Positions 28,610-39,211 are shown, numbered from the stretch's first letter. The stretch is DNA of 64,000 nucleotides from Candidatus Bathyarchaeota archaeon (GCA_963717465.1 OY970340.1:2656001-2720000); one strand, 5' to 3'. Translations and numbers: made by a program. Notes: generated by a model not told the origin, from the letters alone.

Positions 28610-28906
28610 GCGCGCATGGAGACCTGCTTCTTAGCATTAGGTGAGATAGAGTAACTATAACTTGGTCTCCCAAGGCTCTTAGAAGCAGTTTTTTGCCGAA
28701 CCAAAACGCCCTCACCTAACAGTCTCTTTAGATGCAGCTTCAAAGTATTGTGGGAAAACTCGACTCATCCAAGAGCTGAATGAATAGTCTCGGTTTTCTG
28801 TCCTTCAGAACAAAGAGAATTCGCTCATCAAAAATACCCATATACTAACTATGATAGTAACTTACTCAAACCATTTTTAGCCAAATTTAGGAACAAACAT
28901 GCACGC
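28610..28906 (-). mobile_element. Second, internally deleted copy of the inverted-repeat/wHTH element
   Basis: IR at 28867-28906 matches the 3055 IR at 35/40; ATG at 28841 gives MGIFDERILFVLKDRKPRLFIQLL...FSHNTLKLHLKRLL...LGRPSY; the other end keeps only GCGCGCATG (28610-28618). Confidence 0.75.
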
Positions 28907-29187
28907 TCGAAGTAAATGCGCATGTTAATAGTAATTACAGTTTTATCCGCTTGGCAGTAGCGCTCGATTATGTCTCAAAAGGTTTGATGTCTGATCTAAA
29001 TAACTATTTTGCGATGTCAGTTAAAATTCCCAGGATGAAGGCAGGTAAGATGCAGACTTTTGAACCTTGATTAGCGAGAGGGTTCGCTAAATATCTGTGG
29101 AATGAACGGAAATACTGGAATCCAGTTTAGCATGCGCAATCTTTAATACTTCTTCAACCCAAAAGGGCTTGTTGAGGGGTTATTCGA

Positions 29188-30669
29188 GTGAACAGGTTAC
29201 GTGTTTTAGCAGCCTTGGTTTGCATTATTTTTGTTTTCAGTTTTGTTTTGATTCCGTTTGCAAACGCGGACTGGACAATGTATATGTCGGATCCATCTCA
29301 CAGCGGTACAGGAACAAGCAATGCCGTGCTGGCAGGCACACTACTCTGGAATTACACAACCAATGGCGCTGTCATATCGTCTCCCGCTGTTGCTTATGGA
29401 ATAGTCTATTTAGGCTCCTACGATGGTAATGTTTATGCATTGAACGCTGCCAACGGCGACAAACTCTGGAATTACACAACCGGCGGTGCGGTTACTTCGT
29501 CTCCTGCTGTTGTTAACGGCATAGTCTACACAGGTTCGTACGACAATAAGGTTTATGCTTTGAACGCTACAAGTGGCATCCAACTCTGGAATTACACAAC
29601 CGGCGGTGCGGTTACTTCGTCTCCTGCTGTTGTTAACGGCATAGTCTACACAGGTTCGTACGACAATAAGGTTTATGCTTTGAACGCTACAAGTGGCATC
29701 CAACTCTGGAATTACACAACCGGCGGCATAGTTCAGTCGTCTCCTGCAGTTGTCAACGGTGTAGTCTACTTCGGCTCAGAGGACAGCGACGTTTATGCTC
29801 TAAATGCTTCCAGCGGTGAAAAAATCTGGAGCTACCCCACTGGATTGGAGGTTGAGTCCTCTCCTGCCGTTGCAAACGGTGTAGTCTACATAGGCTCGCT
29901 TATGAGTAACGTTTATGCTTTGAACGCTGCCAACGGCGACAAACTCTGGAATTACACAGTTGGAAGTTCAACAGTTACCGATTCAATTGAATCATCTCCT
30001 ACAGCGGCCAACAGCGTAGTTTGCACCTCCTCACAGCAAGGCAACGTTTATGATTTGGAGGCTGCTATCAACTACAAACTCTTGGCGCTAGGATTTTCCA
30101 GTAATCCTTCGTCTCCCGCTATTGTCAGCGGCGTAGTCTACGTAACTGCTATGAGCGGTGGTGTTTATGCTTTAAACGCTACCAATGGTGTCACACTCTG
30201 GAATTCCAACGCCGGCTGGGAAGAGTCGTCCCCTGCAGTAGTTAGCGGTGCACTCTACCTAAACTCGGGACCGCCCGATACTTCTGAAAATGGCTACGTT
30301 TATGCTTTGAATACTACAAACGGCTCCCAACTCTGGAATTACAAAATTGGTTACTATGATGGTAGTTACTTGCCTAGTATTTCGTCTCCTGCTGTTGTCA
30401 ATGGTATACTCTATGTGGGCTGTGGTGATGGCAGCGTTTATGCTTTGATTAGTTCATCTGCGTCATCTACGTCTTCTCCCTCACCTAAGCCATCCCCAAC
30501 ACCAACACCCACTTCAACTTTGTCGCCTGCAGTGAATGCAGCGGGATTCGTTTTCAGTCCAGTCGACTGGATCATAGTAGTGGTCATAATCATCATAGCG
30601 TTATTCTTAATACTCCTTCTATGGCACAGGCTCAGCAAGAAAAAGCCTCAAGAAACCCAAACAACATAA
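29188..30669 (+). CDS. Secreted, membrane-anchored PQQ-like beta-propeller repeat protein
   Basis: Signal peptide; repeated SSPAV.NG.VY.GS.D..VYALNA..G..LWNY blades; Pro/Thr linker; C-terminal TM. Confidence 0.92.
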   Translation: MNRLRVLAALVCIIFVFSFVLIPFANADWTMYMSDPSHSGTGTSNAVLAGTLLWNYTTNGAVISSPAVAYGIVYLGSYDGNVYALNAANGDKLWNYTTGGAVTSSPAVVNGIVYTGSYDNKVYALNATSGIQLWNYTTGGAVTSSPAVVNGIVYTGSYDNKVYALNATSGIQLWNYTTGGIVQSSPAVVNGVVYFGSEDSDVYALNASSGEKIWSYPTGLEVESSPAVANGVVYIGSLMSNVYALNAANGDKLWNYTVGSSTVTDSIESSPTAANSVVCTSSQQGNVYDLEAAINYKLLALGFSSNPSSPAIVSGVVYVTAMSGGVYALNATNGVTLWNSNAGWEESSPAVVSGALYLNSGPPDTSENGYVYALNTTNGSQLWNYKIGYYDGSYLPSISSPAVVNGILYVGCGDGSVYALISSSASSTSSPSPKPSPTPTPTSTLSPAVNAAGFVFSPVDWIIVVVIIIIALFLILLLWHRLSKKKPQETQTT

Positions 30670-30840
30670 AAAGTGCATCTATTAATTCATTTTTTTCTTT
30701 TGTCTTGGTGGTTAAATGGACAGATAGAGAGTCGCTAACAGACACAGACAGGTTGTCTCCCCAGCCGAGATGGGGTTTGTAAAATTAAGCGTGTTTAGGT
30801 TTGGAGTACTCCTTAGGTCATCTTTTGAGCACACGCTAAG

Positions 30841-32259
30841 TTATTGTGGGGCTCTTTTAATGTTTTTTGTTTGTCTACGTTTCACTGCAACTAAGGCTAT
30901 GATTATAATTATCGCTGCTATGATTATGGCTATTATGTAGTATATCCAGTCGGGTGATGGTGTTGATGTTGAAGCTTTTGCTTGGATAGCCATTGTTTTG
31001 TTTGAATCAGCCGATATACTACCTGACAGTGTTGAATTTGAAGCGTACCCTGCTGGCAGAGTTATTGTGTACGTGTAGTTGCCGCTGGCTACGCTAAATG
31101 TTATGGTTGTTTGGTTGGAAGTTTTGGTTTCACCGTTTAGTGTTACGGTCCAGTTAGTGTTTGACGGTAAACCTATTTGAGTGAACGTTACATTGTAGTA
31201 TGTAGTAGTCTGAGTTGTTGTGCTGGGTACCCAGATTATTGAGTAAACGTTGTAGGTTACGTTTAGGTTTTGAGTGTCAGTTGTGAAGGTTGTTAGTGGG
31301 TTTTGGGTTGCGCTGTAGATGGCTTGGTAGCTGCCTACTCCCGTAACAGTAACGTTAAGAGCGGAACTGCCAGTTGCACCATAATAGCTGGAGCCGTTAA
31401 TGTTAACTGTTTGGATTGTGCCATCAGTGCTTATCGCAATACTTGTTCCTGTAGAATTATAATTTCTTAATGTGGTTGTCCATATTGGGCTATTGTTTGG
31501 GCAACTCTGCAATGCCGCTAAGAATTGGTCGGTTATGATGTCTTGAAGGCTTGGGTCACTGTTAGATTGCATTGCCAACAATGCTTGATAGAGGTCGTAG
31601 GACCCGTATCCTGCGTTTACCAGGGCGGAAATACCGTAACCTGAGCCCTCGTTACTGAGCACAATGCTGTTTTGAACTGTGTTGTTGCTTGAGGGGTTCC
31701 AGAGTATTGCAAGAACGTTGTAGGTTGTTGTAATACCACTGTTGGTGCTGTTCCATGAGGTTAAAGGCGTATTGTTAAGTGGGCTGTGGACAGCTAGTAG
31801 CCTTCCTACGCCTGAAACAACTGCGCTAAGAGTGGGATTTCCCCCATAATAGTAGGGGTAGCCGTAAATGCTCACTGTTTGGACGGTGCCATCGGTGCTT
31901 ATCGCCACTGCGGTTCCAGCAGTGTTAATGCTACTCAGAGATTCTGTGAATATTTGGCTTGAAGCAGGACAACTCGCTAATGCTGCTAAGAATTGGTCTG
32001 TGATGATGCCTGAAAGACTTGGGTCAGTGTTTTGCTGGATTGCCACTAAGGCTTGATAAAGGTTATAGTTTCCATAGCCTGCATTCACTAACGCTGAAAT
32101 TTCGTATCCAGGACCTTCATTACTTAGCTCCACAGTATCCTGAGTCGTGTTGAGATAAATTGCTTTTACAGGAAAAACACAAGCAAACATGCCAAGAAGC
32201 AAAACTGCAAACAAGAACAAACCTGCAAACATAGCCATTCCATGTTTCATAGCCCTCAA
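30841..32259 (-). CDS. Cell-surface glycoprotein with a duplicated ~150-aa domain and C-terminal TM anchor
   Basis: Signal peptide; two copies of LSNEG.GY.ISALVNAGYG.Y.LYQAL...DPSL..IITDQFLAAL.SCP; YNVTFT..GLP..T.W.VTLNG domain. Confidence 0.8.
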   Translation of the reverse strand: MRAMKHGMAMFAGLFLFAVLLLGMFACVFPVKAIYLNTTQDTVELSNEGPGYEISALVNAGYGNYNLYQALVAIQQNTDPSLSGIITDQFLAALASCPASSQIFTESLSSINTAGTAVAISTDGTVQTVSIYGYPYYYGGNPTLSAVVSGVGRLLAVHSPLNNTPLTSWNSTNSGITTTYNVLAILWNPSSNNTVQNSIVLSNEGSGYGISALVNAGYGSYDLYQALLAMQSNSDPSLQDIITDQFLAALQSCPNNSPIWTTTLRNYNSTGTSIAISTDGTIQTVNINGSSYYGATGSSALNVTVTGVGSYQAIYSATQNPLTTFTTDTQNLNVTYNVYSIIWVPSTTTQTTTYYNVTFTQIGLPSNTNWTVTLNGETKTSNQTTITFSVASGNYTYTITLPAGYASNSTLSGSISADSNKTMAIQAKASTSTPSPDWIYYIIAIIIAAIIIIIALVAVKRRQTKNIKRAPQ

Positions 32260-32639
32260 GCCTTCCCCTGAATTGAATAGGACAACCAGATATTTCAGGC
32301 ACTATTTTAGCGTTTGCTGAAATTAACCACAACAAACCATTCTATTACACTACAAAATAAAGGTAGTCTGTTTGTCTCTGTCTTTGTCTATTTCTCTGTC
32401 TGTTTGTGTGATATATCCGATATCTATCCATGAGATATGTCTAAGCAGCTAAGAGAAAGAAGAAAATCTGAGTAGATACAAGAAGTTAAGCAGGTAAGAA
32501 GGTTTGGTTTTGGGAATAAAAATTTAGTGCCAAACTCAAACCCCACACCAGAACAAAGGTACTTAAAGAAAATTTAATTAATGGGCGCCGTTCTGGATTG
32601 GTTAGCGTTTGCCAGTATAGGATTCGAAGGTGGCAACTA

Positions 32640-33767
32640 ATGACTGAAAAAAAGGATTACTACGAGATTCTAGGTGTTCCGAAGAATGCGTCCAAAGAAA
32701 TGATAAAAGACGCCTACAGGAAGCTAGCGCTGCAATATCATCCTGACAGGAACAAGTCTCCGGAAGCTGAAGAGAAGTTCAAGGAAATATCTGAAGCCTA
32801 CGCAGTCCTGTCAGATGATGGGAAACGACAACAATATGACACTTTGGGTGACGCAAAATTTGATCAAGAGTATAGTCGAGAGGACATTTTCCGAGGTGCA
32901 GACTTCGAGACGATATTCCGCGATATGGGAGTCAGTTCCGGCTTTGATGACCTCTTCAACGTTTTCTTCAGGGGTCAAGACTTCGAAGAAAAACAGCAAG
33001 TTATACGCGGTCGAGATTTGCGCTGTGAAGTTAGCATAACCTTAGAAGAAGCAGCGAAGGGTGTTGAAAAGGAAATTGATATCCCAAGGATTGAAAGATG
33101 CGAAGTCTGTGGGGGCTCAGGAGCTGCCAGAGGAACTTCTGTAATAACTTGTCCAAAATGCAAAGGGACTGGAAAGCTCAAAAACACAAGCAGAAGCGGC
33201 TCTGGCACGTTTGTGCAGTTCGTGCAGTGCTCTGCTTGCGAAGGCAAAGGCCAAACCATTACTTCACCATGCAGAAACTGCAAGGGAAAAGGCCGCGTAA
33301 GAAGGGAGCGAGAGATTACGGTGAAGATACCCGTTGGCATAACTGAAGGGTACCAGCTTAGGCTTGAAGGACAAGGAGAAGCACCGCCTGGCGAAGGCCC
33401 CTCAGGAGATTTATACATTCTTATTCATATGGTACCTCATAGATACTTCATAAGAGATGGAGACAATCTCTTATACAATCTATACATTAGCTTTACTCAA
33501 GCAGCATTAGGCGCGGAAGTCACAATACCAGCAATCGAAGGAAAGGCCAATCTGAGAATTCATCCTGGAACACAGTCTGGGCAGATTCTAAGAGTTAAAG
33601 GTAAGGGCATGCCGAGACTTGGAGGATATGGCAGAGGCGATCTGCGAGTCCGTGTAAATGTAGTTGTACCTGAAAAGCTGACTCAGCATCAAAGGGCTTT
33701 ACTAGAAGAATTAGCCAAAGACCTGGACCAAAACGTCAAACAAAAAGGCGAAAAGCAGATGTTCTAA
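32640..33767 (+). CDS. dnaJ: Chaperone DnaJ, stand-alone second copy
   Basis: J domain with HPD, four CxxCxGxG repeats, C-terminal domain. Confidence 0.95.
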   Translation: MTEKKDYYEILGVPKNASKEMIKDAYRKLALQYHPDRNKSPEAEEKFKEISEAYAVLSDDGKRQQYDTLGDAKFDQEYSREDIFRGADFETIFRDMGVSSGFDDLFNVFFRGQDFEEKQQVIRGRDLRCEVSITLEEAAKGVEKEIDIPRIERCEVCGGSGAARGTSVITCPKCKGTGKLKNTSRSGSGTFVQFVQCSACEGKGQTITSPCRNCKGKGRVRREREITVKIPVGITEGYQLRLEGQGEAPPGEGPSGDLYILIHMVPHRYFIRDGDNLLYNLYISFTQAALGAEVTIPAIEGKANLRIHPGTQSGQILRVKGKGMPRLGGYGRGDLRVRVNVVVPEKLTQHQRALLEELAKDLDQNVKQKGEKQMF

Positions 33768-33991
33768 ACCGAGCACAATTGAAGCATATGCATGTCCTAA
33801 AACGGTTAACTTTCGAATTGTAAGTGGAACTAGTTGCGCGTGGCTTCCATGTAATTTTAAAAGATAGTTAGTGCTAGTTATGCGTGAGCGTGCGCTATTA
33901 TTCAGTAAAATCCTCTTTTTTATTTTCATTGATTTAATTTTTTGGAAAAACATATATTAAAAAAGCCTTATAGCAAATTAAAGGTGTTTTG

Positions 33992-34749
33992 ATGGGAAAA
34001 TTAGAGGGAAAAGTTGCGATTATAACCGGGGCTGCTTCAGGAATAGGAAAAGCATCAGCGGTATTGTTTGCAAAAGAAGGAGCCAAGGTTGTGGTCGCTG
34101 ATATCCAAGATGAGCTAGGCAAAGAAACGGTTAAAAAGATAAATGATACAGGTGGCAAAGCCGTTTACGTGCATACAGACGTAAGTAAGGCAGATGATGT
34201 AAAGAACATGATTAAAACAGCTGTAGACACATACGGAAAACTAGACATTTTATACAACAATGCAGGAACTTCAGGCATAATGGCAGACACTTTAAACTAT
34301 CCTGTCAATCTTTTCGAAAATGTCATAGCAATAAATCTGCTGGGAACATGGTACGGAATCAAGTACGCTTTACCAGAGCTTCTTAAAACTGGAGCAGGAA
34401 TAATAATCAACACAGCATCAGTAGCTGGATTTACCGCTCCCGGATACATGATGCCATACGGTGCAAGTAAAGCCGGAGTGGTTTCGATTACAAAAGGCGT
34501 TGCACTAGAATACGCAGACTCAAGGCATACGTGTTAACGCCGTAGCACCGGGGCCGATAAAAACGCCAATGAATTCAGCAATTCTTGCAAAGATACCACC
34601 GGAGCATCAACCAGAGAAAAGAGTGCCAATGCGCAGGCAGGGAGAACCTGAAGAAATCGCTAAGGTTGCACTATTTCTAGCCTCCGATGATTCGTCTTTC
34701 ATTACAGGACAGTACTTTGCTAGCTGACGGAGGAGAATGCCCACTTTAG
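33992..34749 (+). CDS. Short-chain dehydrogenase/reductase, frameshifted near 34520 and 34720
   Basis: TGAASGIG, NNAG, YGASK; continues IRVNAVAPG...LFLASDDSSFITG in another frame. Confidence 0.88.
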
Positions 34750-34775
34750 CTAGCGCACATTAATCTTTCTGCATC

Positions 34776-35678
34776 TCACCTTTTCTTCGTATTCTCAAGC
34801 TCAGTTATCCTCTCTCGTATATCGACAGCTTCATCCCATAGTCTATTGAATAGCATTATAGCCAATTGGATGATAGACTGGTTGTTTGTCCACAGCAGTT
34901 GATTCATATTTAGTTCATTTTCAGAATCCATCTCTTTCAATGAACTAAATTGCAAGGTAATAGCTTTTTCATCGCTAATTATGAAGCTTGGAAACCGGGC
35001 TGGCGGCAGGTCTAAATGCCGAACCTTAATGCAACCTCTAAACTCCTCTAAGTCTGCAGCGATGTCTTTAGCTACATTCAACATTGAATAATCGATTCTA
35101 GTTATGAATTTGAATTGTGCTTTTTTTCTCCGCAAAGCAGAAGTAACTTCCCTCCGCCGAAAACCTCCAGGAACATCATATTCACGCCTTGCTAACTGGT
35201 CAGAAATAACCAAACATTCTTTTTGTGTTTGAATGGCCATCTCTAAACCTTTTAGAAAACCAACATGCTGGTTCTTAAGAATTGCATACTCGTCACTTAC
35301 TATGGGAGTATCCCTGATTTTCCAAGACTTCATAACACTATTTAGCAATTTTTTATCTTTTTCTAAGAGCTGAATTTCTCTTTTTTTGGTTTTTGTAGTA
35401 TTATCAATAATCATTCCAAGAGGGACAGCAGCGAATTTGGCAGGATAGGTCATCGTAGATCGGATAAGACCATTGGCTTGTAGATATTTCAAGCTGCGGT
35501 AGACTATAGATTTATTCGATTTTATTAATTTCATGATATCCTTTCCGTATTGAGGCACCCCTTTTCTTAGTAAAAAAATGTAAATTGTTGCAGCATTTCC
35601 TTTAATTCCAATTTTCCCAAGCATTTCTTTCAATACGGGAAGAGGACTATCTTCTTCAATTCCATTGTATGTACTCAA
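34776..35678 (-). CDS. TrmB-family transcriptional regulator
   Basis: N-terminal wHTH (IYIFLL..G...VYRSLK.L...GLI...PAKF.AVP) and C-terminal PLD-like effector domain. Confidence 0.8.
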   Translation of the reverse strand: MSTYNGIEEDSPLPVLKEMLGKIGIKGNAATIYIFLLRKGVPQYGKDIMKLIKSNKSIVYRSLKYLQANGLIRSTMTYPAKFAAVPLGMIIDNTTKTKKREIQLLEKDKKLLNSVMKSWKIRDTPIVSDEYAILKNQHVGFLKGLEMAIQTQKECLVISDQLARREYDVPGGFRRREVTSALRRKKAQFKFITRIDYSMLNVAKDIAADLEEFRGCIKVRHLDLPPARFPSFIISDEKAITLQFSSLKEMDSENELNMNQLLWTNNQSIIQLAIMLFNRLWDEAVDIRERITELENTKKR

Positions 35679-35929
35679 TTACTTATCGCGCTCCCTCAAT
35701 CCAAATTAATACTCTCTAGTCAATTGACTAAACAGCGCGGCAGGTGGCTCCAATATAGGACTCACCTTTAATTCCAATTTTCCCAAGCATTTCTTTCAAT
35801 ACGGGAAGAGGACTATCTTCTTCAATTCCATTGTATGTACTCAATTACTTATCGCGCTCCCTCAATCCAAATTAATACTCTCTAGTCAATTGACTAAACA
35901 GCGCGCAGGTGGCTCCAATATAGGACTCA
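35599..35929. repeat. About 166-bp tandem duplication covering the trmB 5' end and promoter
   Basis: 35599-35764 is nearly identical to 35765-35929 (one indel). Confidence 0.95.
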
Positions 35930-35996
35930 CCTGACAATATTAAATACTTTTGAAGTGATGATTAAATCAAGAAAAAGTGGAGTTGGAGGTGAAACA

Positions 35997-36869
35997 ATGA
36001 GTATGAAAACGGGTAGTGAATTTTTGAAAGAGATCGGCGTTGACCGCGTACCCAACTGGATTATAGATAAACGTGTCACTGAGCTTATGGATCTTAAGGG
36101 TAAGAAGGCAATTGTCAGCGGAGCTGGTGGTGATGGACTCGGTAGAGCCGTAGCCAACCGTCTGGCGGGTTTAGGTGCTGATGTTGTATTAATCGACAAA
36201 AACATTGCTGGAGCCGAGCAAAACGCCGAAGCCGTGAGAAAGCGCTGGGGGACCAAAGCAATCCCATTAAAAGCTGATCTCATGGTCTGGGATGAAGTAG
36301 TGCGAGTTATGCGTGAGGCTCATGATGCATTGGGAGGTATCGATATTTTGGTGAACAATCCTGTTACTGTCGCTGGCGGGCTGTTTGAGAAAATGACTAA
36401 GGAACAGATTGATCTGACAGTCGTGGGAACCTTGCAGATTTGTCTTTACAGTTCGCGTGTGATACTGGATTATATGATTCCGCAACGCAGTGGTCGCATT
36501 ATCAATATCTCCTCTGTTGGAGGGCGGATTGCTCACCGAGGAATATCGGTATATAATGCTTGTAAGTCGGCTGTGAATGGCTTCACTCGTAACCTGGCTC
36601 ATGAAGTTGCTCACTATGGCATCTACGTTATGGGTGTGGCTCCTGGAATCATGTTCAATGAAAGACAAAGGCAATTTTTCCTCAATGCTACTGAAGAACA
36701 AGCCAAAGTAGGGAGGGAAGCCATCATGGAGGGTTTCTCATACCAACAGCTAGGACGCGTTTCAATACCTGAAGAAGTAGCAAACATGGTAGCCTACCTC
36801 GCAACGGACGCAGCAAGTTATATGATCGGCCAGACTATCGATGTCGCTGGCGGGCAGTCCATGGATTAA
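35997..36869 (+). CDS. Short-chain dehydrogenase/reductase
   Basis: SGAGGDGLG, YNACK and IDVAGG motifs; GGAGGTGA RBS before ATG 35997. Confidence 0.9.
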   Translation: MSMKTGSEFLKEIGVDRVPNWIIDKRVTELMDLKGKKAIVSGAGGDGLGRAVANRLAGLGADVVLIDKNIAGAEQNAEAVRKRWGTKAIPLKADLMVWDEVVRVMREAHDALGGIDILVNNPVTVAGGLFEKMTKEQIDLTVVGTLQICLYSSRVILDYMIPQRSGRIINISSVGGRIAHRGISVYNACKSAVNGFTRNLAHEVAHYGIYVMGVAPGIMFNERQRQFFLNATEEQAKVGREAIMEGFSYQQLGRVSIPEEVANMVAYLATDAASYMIGQTIDVAGGQSMD

Positions 36870-36919
36870 TAAGGTCGCACGAAAGATAAAGACGAAAAAT
36901 CATCCAAAATTTTTTATTT

Positions 36920-37135
36920 ATGCGTATCATTCGTGGAATCCATTCTTTTCTTTCACACCTGATAATTCGCGAATATCAAAGCTTCTTCACTTCAACTTCT
37001 CAAATGTTTTCTTTGCCTGACTTTTATTCTTGGAATCTCCACGCTTGTTTCAAAATAGCTGTTTAGCCTTTGGGTGAAATCCTTAGTTTCAACATCATTA
37101 AAGTATTCCCTTTAGCCAATTTTACCTCTTGAACA
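36920..37135 (-). pseudogene. Decayed gene fragment resembling the C terminus of archaeal stand-alone Cas1
   Basis: Across stops and indels: SRGKIG*REYFNDVETKDFTQRLNSYFETSVEIPRIKV...EEALIFANY...ERKEWIPR; family assignment is from memory only. Confidence 0.4.
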
Positions 37136-37233
37136 ATGTGCTAACCCTAAAACTATTAAACGCCTATCAATTAGGTAATTAATTGGCGGAATCAAAAATG
37201 CTAAAAAAAAGAAAAAAGTTGGTATACTTCAAC

Positions 37234-38691
37234 TTAATAGTCTAAGTACTTCATTATTTCCCAGGGTGAAACGTATAGGCAGTATTGGTTCCAATCGTTT
37301 GTCTTTAATTCGATGAATGCATCGAATATGTGTTTTCCAAGAGTTTTTTCAAGAACTTCGTCGCTTCGTAACTCATCCAATGCGTCTTTTAGCGTAGTGG
37401 GTAACTCTTTTATGCCTAATTCTTTTCGTTTAGCGGCAGATAATTTGTAGACGTCTTCGTCAACTGGGTCGCCTGGTTCTATCTTGTTCTTGATTCCATC
37501 TAATCCAGCCATTAGGATGCATGAGAACGCCAAATACGGGTTGCATGATGGATCAACGCCTCGGTATTCAACTCTTTTTTGTGCTGCAAAACCTGCACCT
37601 TTGTAGTACAGGGGAATTCTTGCTAGTGAGGATCTGTTGCGTCTGCTCCACATTACGTAGATTGGTGCTTCAAAGCCTGGAACGAGTCGTTTATAGCTGC
37701 TTATGGTTGGGCAGCAAATAGCAGTTAATGCTTTTGCATGAGCGAGTATGCCTCCGACGTAGTATCTGCCGATTTGGCTTAGTTCAGCGTACTCGTCTTT
37801 ACCGTCGTACATTACGTTCTTTCCGTCTTTCCACAGTGATGAATGAACATGCATTCCGCTTGCATTGTCTAGGTAAATTGGTTTAGGCATAAATGTGGCG
37901 ATTAGACCGTGTTTCTTTGCGATGTTTTTAGCTACGAATTTATAGTATAGTGCGCGGTCGGCTGTTTCAAGAAGTTCACCGTACTTGTAGTCTATTTCAA
38001 CTTGTCCTACTGTTGCTACTTCATGGTGGTGTTTTTCGATGGTTAAGCCAAAGTTGTCTTCAAGTATTTGGGAAACCTCATTTCTGTAAGCCACTGTCGT
38101 ATCTTCAGGTGGGGCTCGGTAATATGCTTCTTTGGGTCTTAGGATAAATCCTCCGGGAGTTATTTCCGGCGAGTTCGGCACGACTCTTGGAGCTCCCCAT
38201 GAATCGCCTTCTCCTCCTTTTGGACTGACCCATAGGTCCCAAATTAGTTTTGTAGGGTCAATTGAGGAGAATACGAAGTGTTCTAGTTCAGGAGCGAAAA
38301 TTCCGGTGTAGCCTAAGTCTTTTGCTGCTTTTATGGCTCTTTTTGCCACGTAGCCTCTTGGGCAGGTGACTGAGGGTTCTGTGCCGCCGAAAGCTTCCAG
38401 TGCATCGCCAAGTATTATTGCGCTTTTTTGTGCTTCATCAGTAACCCAAGGCATCACTGCAAGTGTCTTTGGGTCTGGCATGAAAATCATATCTGATTCT
38501 TCAATGGATTTGAATCCTCTTACTGAAGAACCATCGAATCCTATGCCTTCTTTAAATGCGGCTCCGTTAAGGTATTCTCTGGATGGCAGAACCATGTCTT
38601 GCATGATACCTCTTATGTCGACGAACGCTGAATGTACCCATCGAATATTGTTCGTTTTGAGAAGTCCAATTGCTTTTGTTACTTCATCCAT
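37234..38691 (-). CDS. glnA: Glutamine synthetase type I
   Basis: FDGSSV, HHHEVA, TFMPKP, ASGMHVH, YKRLVPGFEAP and EYR..DPSCNPYL motifs. Confidence 0.96.
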   Translation of the reverse strand: MDEVTKAIGLLKTNNIRWVHSAFVDIRGIMQDMVLPSREYLNGAAFKEGIGFDGSSVRGFKSIEESDMIFMPDPKTLAVMPWVTDEAQKSAIILGDALEAFGGTEPSVTCPRGYVAKRAIKAAKDLGYTGIFAPELEHFVFSSIDPTKLIWDLWVSPKGGEGDSWGAPRVVPNSPEITPGGFILRPKEAYYRAPPEDTTVAYRNEVSQILEDNFGLTIEKHHHEVATVGQVEIDYKYGELLETADRALYYKFVAKNIAKKHGLIATFMPKPIYLDNASGMHVHSSLWKDGKNVMYDGKDEYAELSQIGRYYVGGILAHAKALTAICCPTISSYKRLVPGFEAPIYVMWSRRNRSSLARIPLYYKGAGFAAQKRVEYRGVDPSCNPYLAFSCILMAGLDGIKNKIEPGDPVDEDVYKLSAAKRKELGIKELPTTLKDALDELRSDEVLEKTLGKHIFDAFIELKTNDWNQYCLYVSPWEIMKYLDY

Positions 38692-38911
38692 GATATCACA
38701 TCATTTTCAAGTGTTCTGGAAACCGATTCTAACATAAACATATATAACATTATCCATTAAACGTATGAATGAACGTTCAATCGAATAAATTCGCATTCAA
38801 CCCATTCTAAACATCAATCTAGCATTTGAATAAAAAAAGCAAAAAAAATAAACAAATGTTCAATCAAGCAACGAAGCTCCTCAATATAACCTAAATTAAA
38901 AGTGAAAAAGA

Positions 38912-39211
38912 TCAGAGTTTCTTGTATACCACATCTTTTTCTTTCGCCTGCTGAATCAACTTTAAACCCACACTTTGCCCTGCCTCAGCTCTGGCGACTT
39001 CCTTGCGGTCAATCTGCATTGAAGCCACGGTTTGTTCAAAATCTGTTGAAGGCCCTTTAATGAGGATGCGGTCTCCCTTTGAGAGGGGTATTCTTAAGTC
39101 AACGACTGCCACGTTAATTTTGTTGAAGATATGACCAACGTGACCGATTTCAATTAAGTCTTCATCGCTCAAAGAGTTAAGCCTCTTGTGTATTAATACA
39201 GTGGATGACAA
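38912..39211 (-). CDS. Translation elongation factor-like small beta-barrel protein
   Basis: IGHVGH.F.KI.VAVV.L...L.KGD.I.IKG..TDFEQ.V.SMQID...A..GQ.VGLK. Confidence 0.8.
   Translation of the reverse strand: MSSTVLIHKRLNSLSDEDLIEIGHVGHIFNKINVAVVDLRIPLSKGDRILIKGPSTDFEQTVASMQIDRKEVARAEAGQSVGLKLIQQAKEKDVVYKKL

Noticed and set aside
33781..33810. GCATATGCATGTCCTAAAACGGTT as a third copy of the element's inverted repeat
   Set aside because: Only weak, gapped similarity and no adjacent wHTH gene remnant.
37108..37126. TTTAGCCAATTTTA resembling part of the element's inverted repeat
   Set aside because: Short AT-rich match inside the decayed reading frame; could easily be chance.
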